Assembly (NCBI RefSeq): GCF_009931435.1
Contig: NZ_CP043414.1
Length of the DNA stretch: 64,000 nucleotides
From: Escherichia coli
GTDB taxonomy: Bacteria > Pseudomonadota > Gammaproteobacteria > Enterobacterales > Enterobacteriaceae
Direction: 5' to 3' (one strand)
Shown in pieces: positions 31,139-43,611 of this stretch. The notes under the pieces were generated by a model. That model had not been told where the DNA came from and searched no databases. It saw only the letters and a program-made list of their open reading frames with translations. Each line of letters starts with the position of its first letter. Position 1 is the stretch's first letter. The position numbers and the translations under genes are program-made.

Positions 31139-33802
31139 TTACGCCAGACGCGGGTTAACTTTTTCTGCATCGATGTTGAATTTGGCGATTGCGTCAGCAA
31201 CCACTTTCTTATCGATTTCGCCACGTTTAGCCAGTTCGCCCAGCGCCGCAACCACGACATAAGAAGCATCAACTTCGAAGTGGTGACGCAGGTTCTCACG
31301 GCTGTCGGAACGACCGAAGCCATCAGTACCCAGTACGCGGTAGTCGTCAGCCGGTACGTAAGTACGGACCTGCTCAGCGAACAGTTTCATATAGTCGGTA
31401 GATGCCACTGCCGGAGCGTCGTTCATCACCTGAGCGATATACGGAACGCGTGGAGTTTCCAGCGGGTGCAGCATATTCCAGCGTTCACAATCCTGACCAT
31501 CACGCGCCAGTTCGGTGAAGGAGGTCACGCTATATACGTCAGAACCTACGCCATAATCTTTCGCCAGGATCTCTGCCGCTTCACGGACGTGACGCAGGAT
31601 AGAACCGGAGCCCAGCAGCTGAACTTTACCTTTGCTACCTTCAATGGTTTCGAGTTTGTAGATACCTTTACGGATACCTTCCTCAGCACCTTCCGGCATT
31701 GCCGGCATGTGGTAGTTTTCGTTCAGCGTAGTGATGTAGTAGTAAACGTTCTCTTGTTTTTCACCGTACATACGCTCCAGACCGTCATGCATGATGACAG
31801 CAACTTCGTAAGCGTAAGCCGGGTCGTAAGAAATACAGTTCGGGATAGTCAGCGACTGAATGTGGCTGTGACCATCTTCGTGCTGCAGACCTTCGCCGTT
31901 CAGGGTGGTACGACCGGAAGTACCGCCGATCAGGAAGCCACGTGCCTGCTGGTCGCCAGCAGCCCAGCACAAATCGCCGATACGCTGGAAGCCGAACATC
32001 GAGTAATAGATGTAGAACGGAATCATCGGCAGATTGTTGGTGCTGTAAGAAGTCGCCGCTGCCAGCCAGGAACAACCTGCGCCCAGCTCGTTGATCCCTT
32101 CTTGCAGAATCTGACCTTTCTCGTCTTCTTTATAGTAAGCAACCTGCTCGCGGTCCTGCGGGGTGTACTGCTGACCGTTCGGGCTGTAAATACCAATCTG
32201 ACGGAACAGACCTTCCATACCGAAAGTACGCGCTTCGTCGGCGATGATCGGCACCAGACGATCTTTGATCGACTTGTTCTTCAGCATCACGTTCAGGGCA
32301 CGAACGAAAGCGATAGTGGTAGAGATCTCTTTGCTCTGCTCTTCCAGCAGCGCGCCGAAGTCTTGCAAGCTCGGCAGCTCCAGCTTCTCGGTGAAGTTCG
32401 GCTGGCGGCTTGGCAGATAACCGTGCAATTTCTGACGCTGAGCGTGCAGATAGGTATGCTCTTCAGAACCTTCCGGGAAGGTGATGTACGGCAGTTTTTC
32501 GATATCAGCATCAGACACCGGCACATTGAAACGGTCGCGGATATGACGCACGCCGTCCATGTTCATTTTCTTAACCTGGTGCGCGATGTTTTTACCTTCA
32601 GCTGCGTCGCCCATGCCGTAACCTTTAATGGTATGAGCAAGGATTACTGTCGCTTTGCCTTTGGTTTCCTGCGCTTTCTTGAATGCAGCGTAGATTTTCT
32701 TCGGATCGTGACCACCACGGTTCAGCGCCCAGATCTGCTCGTCAGTCCAGTCTGCAACCAGAGCTGCGGTTTCCGGATATTTACCGAAGAAGTGTTCACG
32801 AACATACGCACCATCTTTCGATTTGAAGGTCTGGTAATCGCCGTCAACGGTTTCGTTCATCAGCTGGATCAGTTTACCGCTGGTATCTTTACGCAGCAGT
32901 TCGTCCCAACGGCTACCCCACATCACTTTGATCACGTTCCAGCCAGCACCTTCGAAGATGCCTTCCAGTTCGTTGATGATCTTGCCGTTACCGGTGACCG
33001 GGCCGTCAAGACGCTGCAGGTTACAGTTGATAACGAAGACCAGGTTATCCAGTTTTTCACGGGTAGCGATGGTGATCGCACCTTTGGATTCCGGTTCGTC
33101 CATCTCGCCGTCGCCGAGGAAGGCGTAAACGGTCTGTTTAGAAGTATCTTTCAGGCCACGGTGTTCCAGATATTTCAGGAATTTAGCCTGGTAAATAGCA
33201 CCAATCGGACCCAGACCCATAGATACGGTCGGGAACTGCCAGAATTCCGGCATCAGTTTCGGGTGCGGATAGGAAGAGAGGCCATTGCCGTGAACTTCCT
33301 GACGGAAGTTATCCAGCTGCTCTTGAGTCAGACGACCTTCCAGGAAAGCACGTGCGTAAATGCCCGGGGAGATGTGGCCCTGGAAGTAAACCAGGTCGCC
33401 GCCATCCTGCTCGTTGCGTGCACGGAAGAAGTGGTTAAAGCACACATCATAAATGGTTGCGGACGACTGGAAGGACGCCATGTGGCCGCCCAGTTCGAGG
33501 TCTTTTTTCGACGCACGCAGAACCGTCATGATGGCGTTCCAGCGGATAGCTGAACGAATACGGCGTTCCAGTTCCAGATTACCCGGATACTCCGGTTGTT
33601 CTTCAACGGGGATGGTGTTGATGTAGTTGCTGATACCGGTGCCTGCGGCTACGTTGACACCGCCTTTGCGGGCTTCAGCAAGCAGTTGGTCGATCAGATA
33701 CTGAGCACGCTCAACACCTTCTTCACGGATGACCGATTCGATCGCCTGGAGCCAGTCGCGAGTTTCGATCGGATCCACGTCATTTGGGAAACGTTCTGAC
33801 AT
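31139..33802 (-). CDS. aceE: Pyruvate dehydrogenase E1 component
   Basis: 887 aa, [29 protein letters not shown]. Confidence 0.97.
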   Translation of the reverse strand: MSERFPNDVDPIETRDWLQAIESVIREEGVERAQYLIDQLLAEARKGGVNVAAGTGISNYINTIPVEEQPEYPGNLELERRIRSAIRWNAIMTVLRASKKDLELGGHMASFQSSATIYDVCFNHFFRARNEQDGGDLVYFQGHISPGIYARAFLEGRLTQEQLDNFRQEVHGNGLSSYPHPKLMPEFWQFPTVSMGLGPIGAIYQAKFLKYLEHRGLKDTSKQTVYAFLGDGEMDEPESKGAITIATREKLDNLVFVINCNLQRLDGPVTGNGKIINELEGIFEGAGWNVIKVMWGSRWDELLRKDTSGKLIQLMNETVDGDYQTFKSKDGAYVREHFFGKYPETAALVADWTDEQIWALNRGGHDPKKIYAAFKKAQETKGKATVILAHTIKGYGMGDAAEGKNIAHQVKKMNMDGVRHIRDRFNVPVSDADIEKLPYITFPEGSEEHTYLHAQRQKLHGYLPSRQPNFTEKLELPSLQDFGALLEEQSKEISTTIAFVRALNVMLKNKSIKDRLVPIIADEARTFGMEGLFRQIGIYSPNGQQYTPQDREQVAYYKEDEKGQILQEGINELGAGCSWLAAATSYSTNNLPMIPFYIYYSMFGFQRIGDLCWAAGDQQARGFLIGGTSGRTTLNGEGLQHEDGHSHIQSLTIPNCISYDPAYAYEVAVIMHDGLERMYGEKQENVYYYITTLNENYHMPAMPEGAEEGIRKGIYKLETIEGSKGKVQLLGSGSILRHVREAAEILAKDYGVGSDVYSVTSFTELARDGQDCERWNMLHPLETPRVPYIAQVMNDAPAVASTDYMKLFAEQVRTYVPADDYRVLGTDGFGRSDSRENLRHHFEVDASYVVVAALGELAKRGEIDKKVVADAIAKFNIDAEKVNPRLA

Positions 33803-33962
33803 GGGTTATTCCTTATCTATCTAATAACGTTGAGTTTTCTGGAACCTGTCCCATTGAACTCTCGCCGGAAAGCTCAATAAGACAGGTTCTACGTTTAGTT
33901 GCCGCGCTTTTATATGCGCTTGATTTACAACATCTTCTGGATAATTTTTACCAGAAAAATCA

Positions 33963-34727
33963 CTAATTCTTTCGTTGTTCCAGACGACGCAGAGAACGCT
34001 CACGGCGGCTCTCTTCACGGCTTCTGTCGAGCAAAATTTCTTCGATAAAGGCCAGATGGCGATGCGATGCTTCGCGCGCTTCTTCCGGCTTACCGGCCAT
34101 AATCGCTTCGAATATGCGAGTGCGGTGACTACTCACCAGCGGCAGCATCTCGCGACGCGAATAGAGCAATTCGAAGTTCTGACGGACATTCTGAGCCAAC
34201 ATCGGCTCCATACACCTTAGCAGATGAAGCAGAACTACATTGTGGGCTGCTTCGGTGACGGCAATCTGATACTGGAGGACGGCGTTTGATTCCGCGTCCA
34301 GATCGCCAGACTGCTGCGCCAGCTCTATGGCGTGGTGGAGTTCACGGATGCGTTCCTTGTCTTCATCGGTACTACGCAGCGCGGCGTAATAGGCGGCGAT
34401 ACCTTCCAGGGCGTGTCGTGTTTCGAGCAAGTCATACTGTGATTCAGGATGGTCGGAGAGCAGCTCCACCAGCGGATCGCTGAAACTTTGCCAGAGGCTG
34501 CTCTGAACAAAAGTGCCGCCACCCTGGCGACGAAGCAACAAGCCCTTTGCTTCGAGACGTTGAATCGCCTCACGCAAGGAGGGACGGGAGACGTCGAACT
34601 GTTTCGCCAGTTCGCGTTCCGGTGGGAGTTTTTCGCCCGGGCGGAGTGTGCCTTCGAGGATCAAAAACTCCAGTTGCTGCTCAATCACATCGGAGAGTTT
34701 TGGTTGGCGGATTTTGCTGTAGGCCAT
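33963..34727 (-). CDS. pdhR: Pyruvate dehydrogenase complex repressor (GntR family)
   Basis: 254 aa from [26 protein letters not shown]; GntR-type HTH; track ORF begins at an upstream TTG. Confidence 0.95.
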
Positions 34728-34758
34728 GAGTTCCTGTCTTAAGCCACTTGCCGAAGTC

Positions 34759-34775
34759 AATTGGTCTTACCAATT
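34759..34775 (-). promoter_or_regulatory. PdhR operator in pdhR promoter/leader
   Basis: Perfect palindrome AATTGGTCTTACCAATT matching PdhR box ATTGGT-N3-ACCAAT, about 30 bp upstream of pdhR ATG. Confidence 0.8.
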
Positions 34776-35179
34776 TCATGTCTGTGACGCTAAAGTAACA
34801 AAGTATTCACCTCATGTCCATACAGGTTTTGATTGAAATCATGAAACTGTGCACATTTTAACAAGTTGACATATATAACGTTTCAAAGTTGTAACTATGC
34901 ACAAATGTAGACTTTACGTAGGAAAGGGATTTTTTAACGATTATTAAACTATAAAAATCCGAATTGAACCGATTCACTTACCAATTTATCGATTTTTAAT
35001 TCAAAAATAATGAATTTATATTCATTTTGTATGTTGAGGGGATTTGAGGCTGACCTTTACAAACGGTTCCTTTTTAAGCAACTCATCTTCAACCATGCAT
35101 AAAGCGGGTGCATTCGCTGCCGCATACCATTATTCTTTATCTGACGGAAGTCCTTTTGTAACAATTCAAACGTCTTTGA

Positions 35180-35197
35180 TGTAAACAAATTAATACA
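35180..35197 (+). promoter_or_regulatory. Candidate TyrR box upstream of aroP
   Basis: TGTAAA-CAAATT-AATACA resembles TyrR consensus TGTAAA-N6-TTTACA (2 mismatches), about 70 bp upstream of aroP ATG. Confidence 0.35.
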
Positions 35198-35267
35198 AAA
35201 AACGGAATTGCAAACTTACACACGCATCACTGCGTAGATCAAAAAAACAATCACCGCACGAGGTTTC

Positions 35268-36641
35268 ATGATGGAAGGTCAACAGCACGGCGAGCAGCTA
35301 AAGCGCGGCCTTAAAAACCGCCATATTCAGCTTATCGCGCTGGGTGGCGCGATAGGGACCGGGCTATTTCTGGGTAGCGCCTCCGTAATACAGTCCGCAG
35401 GGCCAGGGATTATCCTGGGTTACGCCATTGCTGGTTTTATCGCCTTTCTGATCATGCGTCAGCTAGGTGAAATGGTGGTCGAAGAACCTGTCGCAGGCTC
35501 CTTTAGCCACTTTGCTTATAAATACTGGGGTAGCTTTGCCGGTTTCGCTTCTGGCTGGAACTACTGGGTACTGTACGTTTTAGTTGCCATGGCAGAGCTG
35601 ACTGCCGTGGGTAAATACATTCAGTTCTGGTATCCGGAAATCCCCACCTGGGTTTCTGCCGCCGTGTTCTTTGTGGTGATCAACGCCATCAACCTGACAA
35701 ACGTAAAAGTGTTTGGCGAGATGGAGTTCTGGTTTGCCATTATCAAAGTTATCGCAGTGGTGGCGATGATCATCTTCGGCGGCTGGCTACTGTTCAGTGG
35801 CAACGGCGGCCCGCAGGCGACCGTTAGCAACCTGTGGGATCAAGGTGGTTTCCTGCCGCACGGCTTTACCGGACTGGTGATGATGATGGCGATTATCATG
35901 TTCTCTTTCGGCGGTCTGGAACTGGTGGGGATCACCGCAGCAGAAGCTGATAATCCGGAGCAAAGTATCCCGAAAGCAACTAACCAGGTTATCTACCGCA
36001 TCCTGATTTTCTATATTGGTTCGTTAGCCGTTCTGCTCTCGCTGATGCCATGGACCCGCGTTACTGCTGATACCAGTCCGTTTGTACTGATCTTCCACGA
36101 ATTGGGCGATACCTTTGTGGCTAATGCGCTGAACATCGTGGTACTGACTGCTGCGCTCTCCGTGTACAACAGCTGCGTATATTGCAACAGCCGTATGCTG
36201 TTTGGTCTGGCACAACAGGGCAACGCGCCAAAAGCGCTGGCGTCTGTCGACAAACGCGGTGTACCGGTTAACACTATTCTGGTGTCTGCGCTGGTTACGG
36301 CATTGTGCGTGCTGATTAACTACCTTGCACCGGAATCCGCATTCGGACTGTTAATGGCGCTGGTGGTATCTGCACTGGTCATCAACTGGGCGATGATTAG
36401 CCTGGCGCATATGAAATTCCGTCGCGCCAAGCAGGAACAAGGCGTGGTAACTCGCTTCCCTGCTCTGCTTTATCCGCTGGGTAACTGGATCTGCCTGCTG
36501 TTTATGGCGGCGGTACTGGTGATTATGCTGATGACCCCAGGAATGGCGATTTCGGTATACCTGATCCCGGTATGGCTGATCGTGTTAGGTATCGGCTATC
36601 TGTTTAAAGAGAAAACCGCCAAAGCCGTAAAAGCGCATTAA
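35268..36641 (+). CDS. aroP: Aromatic amino acid:H+ symporter (APC family)
   Basis: 457 aa, MMEGQQHGEQLKRGLKNRHIQLIALGGAIGTGLF; multi-TM permease. Confidence 0.95.
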   Translation: MMEGQQHGEQLKRGLKNRHIQLIALGGAIGTGLFLGSASVIQSAGPGIILGYAIAGFIAFLIMRQLGEMVVEEPVAGSFSHFAYKYWGSFAGFASGWNYWVLYVLVAMAELTAVGKYIQFWYPEIPTWVSAAVFFVVINAINLTNVKVFGEMEFWFAIIKVIAVVAMIIFGGWLLFSGNGGPQATVSNLWDQGGFLPHGFTGLVMMMAIIMFSFGGLELVGITAAEADNPEQSIPKATNQVIYRILIFYIGSLAVLLSLMPWTRVTADTSPFVLIFHELGDTFVANALNIVVLTAALSVYNSCVYCNSRMLFGLAQQGNAPKALASVDKRGVPVNTILVSALVTALCVLINYLAPESAFGLLMALVVSALVINWAMISLAHMKFRRAKQEQGVVTRFPALLYPLGNWICLLFMAAVLVIMLMTPGMAISVYLIPVWLIVLGIGYLFKEKTAKAVKAH

Positions 36642-36650
36642 TCTCTCTAC

Positions 36651-36675
36651 GCCCTCACCCGTGCAGGGTGAGGGC
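36651..36675. terminator. Hairpin between convergent aroP and ampE
   Basis: Perfect 10-bp stem GCCCTCACCC / GGGTGAGGGC; weak U-tract. Confidence 0.5.
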
Positions 36676-36683
36676 AATAATCT

Positions 36684-37538
36684 TTACACCAACGCCCCGT
36701 AAATCGTCAGTAGCGCAATTACCACCACGACCACGAACGAGGTTTTCTTCGCCATGGAAACCGCTGCCTTCGGCGTCTCCACCTTATCGACATGCGGTTC
36801 ACGCGCCAGAGAGAACTGTGCCAGACGTGTTAATACCTGATATTGCGAAGTATGGAAATCACCCAGCGAAGCAAACCAGGCCGGTAACGCTTTTTCCCCA
36901 TGACCGATCAAGGCATATACCACACCCGCAAGACGAACCGGCACCCAATCCAGTACATGAAGCACGGCATCAATGCCGGACTGTAAACGATGATGCGGCG
37001 TCTGGTAACGCGCCAGCCAGTATTGCCATGCACGCAAAAACGCATACCCCATCAGCGTAACGGGTCCCCAGGTTCCCCCCACAATCAGCCAGAACAACGG
37101 AGCAAGATAAAAACGAAAGTTAATCCACAGCAATGCATTTTGCAGCTCACGCAAATACTCACGTTCATCGCAGCCTGCTGGGACGCCGTGAATCATGGTG
37201 AGTTCGCCAGCCATCGTGGCACGGGCATGGCTATCATTACGTGAAGCAGCTGTCAGATAAGCATGATAATGAAGACGAACTTTACCTGCGCCAATACACA
37301 GCAAACCAATCAGCAGCCACACCAGCAGCGTGGGAACGTTGAACAATACTCCCTGCAATGCGCGTAACAGTAAAAAAGTCACGCCCATCGCAATAATGGT
37401 CATGCCTAATGTGCGCCCGAGAGAAAAATGTTTCACCCGCCGGAAGAACGCCTCAAGACGATGATCAAGCTGCCAGTGCTCGCCCAGCTTAAACAGGCGC
37501 TCGAAAATTAACACCAATAGGGTTGTAAACAGCGTCAT
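36684..37538 (-). CDS. ampE: Inner-membrane protein AmpE
   Basis: 284 aa from [31 protein letters not shown]; ATGA overlap with ampD stop. Confidence 0.9.
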
Positions 37539-38086
37539 GTTGTCTCCTTGCTGACCAGGGCGCGAAACCGTGCCCAATCAAAGGCGGGGCCGGGATCGGT
37601 TTTCCGATCCGGCGCAATATCACAATGGCCCGTCATGTTATTAGCGATATCTGGATAGCGATCAATCAGTGCCCGCGTAACCGCCGCAAGCTGTTGATAC
37701 TGCGCATCGGTATACGCCAGCGTATCGGTGCCTTCCAGCTCAATCCCAATAGAAAAATCATTGCAGCGTTCGCGCCCCTGATACTGAGAGACTCCGGCAT
37801 GCCAGGCACGTTTATCGAAAGGAACATACTGGACTATTTCACCATCGCGGCGAATCAAACAGTGAGCGGAGACGCGCAAATGGGCGATCTCAGCAAAGAA
37901 AGGATGTGCCTGCGGATCAATAGTTCCAGTGAATAATGCGTCGATCCACGGACCGCCAAACTCGCCTGGCGGCAGGCTAATATTGTGCACCACCAGCAGG
38001 GTGGGTGTTTCGTCATCCGGGCGGCAATCGTAATGTGGTGAGGGAACGCGGCGCGCGCCAACCAGCCACCCCTGTTCTAACAACAT
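37535..38086 (-). CDS. ampD: 1,6-anhydro-N-acetylmuramyl-L-alanine amidase
   Basis: 183 aa, [25 protein letters not shown]; amidase_2 family. Confidence 0.95.
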
Positions 38087-38113
38087 GCAGGATCTCCTTA
38101 TATGTGGTGCTAA

Positions 38114-39067
<954 letters not shown>

Positions 39068-39269
39068 TTGCTGACAGATTTATCCGCTCCATCGCGGGCG
39101 GATAATCTCCCCTTTCCCAACTTTCTTCGTAACGCCTCGCAAATTTCTTGTCTTTCGCTGCAACGTAATAAAAAACTCCGGAAGCTGCTTTCCCGTTTCG
39201 TTTTTTGCCCCTCGCTTGTGCTGATGGCGTTTGCCAAAGTAGCGCCAACCAAATCAAGGAGCGAAACAA

Positions 39270-39710
39270 ATGGACAAGCAACGCGGTTTTACACTTATCG
39301 AACTGATGGTGGTTATTGGCATCATTGCCATTTTAAGCGCCATTGGTATTCCCGCTTATCAAAACTACCTGCGCAAAGCCGCACTCACCGACATGCTACA
39401 AACCTTTGTGCCTTACCGTACCGCCGTAGAGTTGTGCGCGCTGGAACATGGTGGATTAGATACCTGCGACGGTGGCAGCAATGGCATTCCCTCGCCTACC
39501 ACCACCCGCTATGTTTCAGCCATGAGTGTGGCAAAGGGCGTGGTGTCGCTGACCGGGCAAGAAAGTCTCAATGGGCTAAGCGTCGTTATGACACCGGGTT
39601 GGGATAACGCAAACGGCGTCACCGGCTGGACGCGCAACTGCAATATTCAAAGTGACAGCGCATTGCAGCAAGCCTGCGAAGATGTCTTTCGCTTTGATGA
39701 CGCCAACTAA
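39270..39710 (+). CDS. ppdD: Type IV prepilin (prepilin peptidase-dependent pilin)
   Basis: 146 aa; MDKQRG-FTLIELMVVIGIIAILSAIGIP prepilin leader and hydrophobic N-terminal helix. Confidence 0.9.
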   Translation: MDKQRGFTLIELMVVIGIIAILSAIGIPAYQNYLRKAALTDMLQTFVPYRTAVELCALEHGGLDTCDGGSNGIPSPTTTRYVSAMSVAKGVVSLTGQESLNGLSVVMTPGWDNANGVTGWTRNCNIQSDSALQQACEDVFRFDDAN

Positions 39711-39719
39711 GGAGCGGCA

Positions 39720-41117
39720 ATGAATATTCCACAGCTCACCGCCCTGTGTCTGCGTTATCAGGGAGTCTTGCTGGATGCCAGCGAAGAGGTGGTTCATGTT
39801 GCGGTGGTTGATGCCCCTTCGCATGAGCTACTGGACGCATTGCATTTCGCTACCACCAAACGTATTGAGATCACCTGCTGGACGCGCCAACAAATGGAAG
39901 GTCACGCCAGTCGCACCCAACAGACATTGCCCGTAGCTATTCATGAGAAGCATCAGCCCAAAGCAGAGTTGCTGACTCGAACGTTACAATCTGCGCTGGA
40001 ACAACGCGCGTCTGATATTCATATCGAACCAGCGGACAATGCCTACCGCATCCGCTTGCGTATCGACGGTGTATTGCATCCTTTACCGGATGTTTTACCG
40101 GATGTTTTACCGGATGCCGGAGTCGCATTAACCGCCAGATTAAAAGTGCTGGGCAACCTGGATATTGCGGAACATCGCCTGCCGCAGGACGGGCAATTCA
40201 CTGTCGAACTGGCAGGAAACGCCGTCTCATTTCGTATTGCGACCTTACCATGCCAGGGTGGTGAAAAGGTGGTATTAAGGTTGTTACAGCAGGTGAGCCA
40301 GGCACTGGATATCAACACGCTGGGGATGCAGCCGTTACAACTGGCGGACTTTGCTCATGCCTTGCAACAACCACAGGGACTGGTGCTGGTAACTGGCCCT
40401 ACAGGCAGCGGCAAAACGGTCACGCTTTATAGTGCCCTGCAAACGCTGAATACCGCTGACATTAATATTTGTAGCGTCGAAGATCCGGTTGAGATCCCCA
40501 TAGCCGGACTAAACCAGACGCAAATCCATCCGCGTGCCGGTCTTACCTTTCAGGGCGTTTTGCGTGCGTTATTGCGCCAGGACCCTGACGTCATCATGAT
40601 CGGAGAGATCCGCGATGGCGAAACAGCAGAGATCGCTATTAAAGCGGCGCAAACCGGTCACCTGGTGTTGTCTACCCTACACACCAATTCCACCACTGAA
40701 ACGCTGGTACGTTTACAGCAAATGGGAGTCGCCCGCTGGATGCTCTCATCGGCGCTTACGCTGGTAATAGCCCAGCGTCTGGTACGCAAACTTTGCCCGC
40801 ATTGTCGCCAGCAGCAAGGGGAGCCCATCCATATTCCAGACAATGTATGGCCGTCGCCGCTGCCCCGCTGGCAAGCACCCGGTTGTGTACATTGCTACCA
40901 CGGTTTTTATGGTCGCACGGCCTTATTTGAAGTTCTGCCCATAACACCGTTCATACGTCAGCTTATTTCCGCTAATACCGACGTTGAATCGCTGGAAACG
41001 CACGCCCGACAGGCGGGTATGCGAACGCTTTTTGAAAACGGCTGCCTGGCCGTGGAGCAAGGCTTAACCACCTTTGAAGAGTTAATCCGCGTATTGGGAA
41101 TGCCGTATGGCGAGTAA
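39720..41117 (+). CDS. hofB: Type IV pilus assembly ATPase (GspE/PilB family)
   Basis: 465 aa; Walker A GPTGSGKT; C-terminal CxxC pairs; follows ppdD. Confidence 0.9.
   Translation: MNIPQLTALCLRYQGVLLDASEEVVHVAVVDAPSHELLDALHFATTKRIEITCWTRQQMEGHASRTQQTLPVAIHEKHQPKAELLTRTLQSALEQRASDIHIEPADNAYRIRLRIDGVLHPLPDVLPDVLPDAGVALTARLKVLGNLDIAEHRLPQDGQFTVELAGNAVSFRIATLPCQGGEKVVLRLLQQVSQALDINTLGMQPLQLADFAHALQQPQGLVLVTGPTGSGKTVTLYSALQTLNTADINICSVEDPVEIPIAGLNQTQIHPRAGLTFQGVLRALLRQDPDVIMIGEIRDGETAEIAIKAAQTGHLVLSTLHTNSTTETLVRLQQMGVARWMLSSALTLVIAQRLVRKLCPHCRQQQGEPIHIPDNVWPSPLPRWQAPGCVHCYHGFYGRTALFEVLPITPFIRQLISANTDVESLETHARQAGMRTLFENGCLAVEQGLTTFEELIRVLGMPYGE
40083..40118 (+). repeat. In-frame 12-bp tandem repeat (3 copies) in hofB encoding LPDV-LPDV-LPDA
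   Basis: TTACCGGATGTT x2 then TTACCGGATGCC. Confidence 0.9.
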
Positions 41118-42309
41118 GCAACTCTGGCGCTGGCGTGGCATAACCGGCGACGGCAATGCGCAAGATGGGATGCTATGGGCAGAGAGCCGTGCTTTGCTGC
41201 TCATAGCACTACAGCAACAGATGGTTACCCCACTTAGCCTGAAGCGAATCGCCATCAATTCTGCGCAGTGGCGAGGAGATAAAAGCGCGGAAGTCATTCA
41301 TCAACTGGCGACGCTACTCAAAGCCGGGTTAACGCTTTCTGAAGGGCTGGCACTGCTGGCGGAACAGCATCCCAGTAAGCAATGGCAAGCGTTGCTGCAA
41401 TCGCTGGCGCACGATCTCGAACAGGGCATTGCTTTTTCCAATGCCTTATTACCCTGGTCAGAGGTATTTCCGCCGCTCTATCAGGCAATGATCCGCACGG
41501 GGGAATTGACTGGTAAGTTAGATGAATGTTGCTTTGAACTTGCTCGACAGCAAAAAGCCCAACGTCAGTTAGCCGATAAAGTGAAATCAGCGTTGCGTTA
41601 TCCCATCATCATTTTAGCGATGGCAATCATGGTGGTTGTGGCAATGCTGCATTTTGTACTGCCGGAGTTTGCTGCTATCTACAAGACCTTTAACACCCCA
41701 TTACCGGCGCTAACGCAGGGGATCATGACGCTGGCAGACTTTAGTGGCGAATGGGGCTGGCTGCTGCTGTTGTTCGGCTTACTGCTGGCAATAGCCAATA
41801 AGTTGCTGGTGCGCCGCCCGACCTGGCTCATCGTGAGGCAAAAATCACTGTTACGCATCCCAATTATGGGTTCACTGATGCGAGGGCAAAAACTCACGCA
41901 GATCTTTACGATTCTGGCGCTGACACAAAGTGCAGGCATTACTTTTTTACAGGGCGTAGAGAGCGTCAGAGCAACAATGCGCTGTCAGTACTGGGAGCAA
42001 CTTCTGACACAAATCCAGCACGATATCAGTAACGGTCATCCTATCTGGCTGGCGCTAAAAAATGCCGGTGAGTTTAGCCCGCTCTGTTTGCAATTAGTGA
42101 GAACAGGAGAGGCATCCGGTTCGCTGGATCTCATGTTAGACAACCTCGCCCGTCATCATCGGGATAACACCATGGCGCTGGCGGATAACCTTGCAGCCTT
42201 GCTCGAACCGGTGTTGCTGGTCATAACGGGAGGAATTATCGGTACGCTAGTGGTGGCAATGTATTTGCCAATTTTCCATTTAGGCGATGCGATGAGTGGG
42301 ATGGGATAA
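41107..42309 (+). CDS. hofC: Type IV pilus inner-membrane platform protein (GspF/PilC family)
   Basis: 400 aa; 11-nt overlap with hofB; GspF-like membrane protein. Confidence 0.9.
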   Translation: MASKQLWRWRGITGDGNAQDGMLWAESRALLLIALQQQMVTPLSLKRIAINSAQWRGDKSAEVIHQLATLLKAGLTLSEGLALLAEQHPSKQWQALLQSLAHDLEQGIAFSNALLPWSEVFPPLYQAMIRTGELTGKLDECCFELARQQKAQRQLADKVKSALRYPIIILAMAIMVVVAMLHFVLPEFAAIYKTFNTPLPALTQGIMTLADFSGEWGWLLLLFGLLLAIANKLLVRRPTWLIVRQKSLLRIPIMGSLMRGQKLTQIFTILALTQSAGITFLQGVESVRATMRCQYWEQLLTQIQHDISNGHPIWLALKNAGEFSPLCLQLVRTGEASGSLDLMLDNLARHHRDNTMALADNLAALLEPVLLVITGGIIGTLVVAMYLPIFHLGDAMSGMG

Positions 42310-42310
42310 C

Positions 42311-42334
42311 GCTGGCGTGTTACTCCACGCCAGC
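42311..42334. terminator. Hairpin between convergent hofC and guaC
   Basis: GCTGGCGTG-TTACTC-CACGCCAGC perfect 9-bp stem; weak U-tract. Confidence 0.45.
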
Positions 42335-42343
42335 ATTGGGAGA

Positions 42344-43387
42344 TTACAGATTGTTGAAGATGCGGTTTTCTTGTTCCTGTACACGGATAAATGTGGTGCG
42401 CTTGGTCAGCTCTTTCAGGCGTGCAGCCCCAACGTATGTACAAGCTGAACGCAGGCCGCCCAAAATATCACGCGCGGTATTTTCAACCGGGCCTCGCAGC
42501 GGCAGCTTAACGGTTTTACCTTCTGCTGCGCGATATTCCGCAACGCCGCCAACGTGACGTTTCATCGCAGACTCGGAGCTCATGCCGTAGAACAGCATAA
42601 ATTTCTCGCCGTTCTCCTCAACGATGCGACCACCGCTCTCTTCGTGGCCCGCCAGCATGCCGCCAAGCATGACGAAATCGGCACCGCCGCCAAAGGCTTT
42701 CGCGACATCGCCCGGCGTGGTGCAGCCACCGTCGCTGACGATCATTCCGCCCAGACCATGCGCAGCATCGGCACATTCGATCACCGCAGAAAGTTGCGGA
42801 TAACCGACGCCTGTTTTGACGCGAGTTGTACAAACAGAACCTGGGCCAATGCCAACTTTAACGATATCAGCACCGGAGAGGATAAGCTCCTCACACATTT
42901 CACCTGTCACGACGTTGCCAGCACAAATGGTTTTGGTCGGCCACGCTTCACGCGCTTTCGCAACGAACTGCACGAAGTGTTCGGAATAACCATTCGCCAC
43001 GTCAATACAAACGAAGTTTAATGCCGGGTTCAGGTCGAGAATCTGTTTAGTTTTTTCGAAGTCCGCATCAGACGTACCGGTAGAAACCATCACATGTTTC
43101 AGCACATCAGCGGAAGAATTGTTGATAAACGCTTGCCACTCTTCGACAGAATAGTGTTTATGCACAGCAGTCAGAATATCAAAAGAAGCCAGCGCAGAGG
43201 CCATAGAAAATGTGCCTACGGTGTCCATATTTGCGGCGATAATCGGCACGCCGGACCAGCTCTGACCTGAATGTTTGAAGGTGAATTGACGTTCCAGTTC
43301 AACATCGGAACGGCTTTTAAGAGTGGAGCGTTTAGGGCGGATGAGAACGTCTTTAAAACCTAACTTCAGATCTTCTTCAATACGCAT
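42344..43387 (-). CDS. guaC: GMP reductase
   Basis: 347 aa; IMPDH/GMPR family with active-site Cys in [11 protein letters not shown]. Confidence 0.95.
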   Translation of the reverse strand: MRIEEDLKLGFKDVLIRPKRSTLKSRSDVELERQFTFKHSGQSWSGVPIIAANMDTVGTFSMASALASFDILTAVHKHYSVEEWQAFINNSSADVLKHVMVSTGTSDADFEKTKQILDLNPALNFVCIDVANGYSEHFVQFVAKAREAWPTKTICAGNVVTGEMCEELILSGADIVKVGIGPGSVCTTRVKTGVGYPQLSAVIECADAAHGLGGMIVSDGGCTTPGDVAKAFGGGADFVMLGGMLAGHEESGGRIVEENGEKFMLFYGMSSESAMKRHVGGVAEYRAAEGKTVKLPLRGPVENTARDILGGLRSACTYVGAARLKELTKRTTFIRVQEQENRIFNNL

Positions 43388-43611
43388 GTGCGGATTCCTG
43401 GGGTTAATGGCTATAAGGGTAAGAGCGCAACTCCAGTGACGCTATCATACGCACTAATCAATGCGGCGCAAGACTGCGAAATTGTCTTTTTTTACGCTAC
43501 AATCCCATAAATTTACCTGGTAAATAGTGAGCGAACGTTTCATCAATTTCGCTTTCGTGCGCTCATTTTTAACGTTTTGATAATCATGATGAATTCCCGG
43601 GAATATAAATT

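Noticed and set aside
31280-33553. 757-aa ORF antisense to aceE
   Set aside because: Same reasoning: embedded in a highly expressed gene, no domain signature, composition typical of antisense frames.
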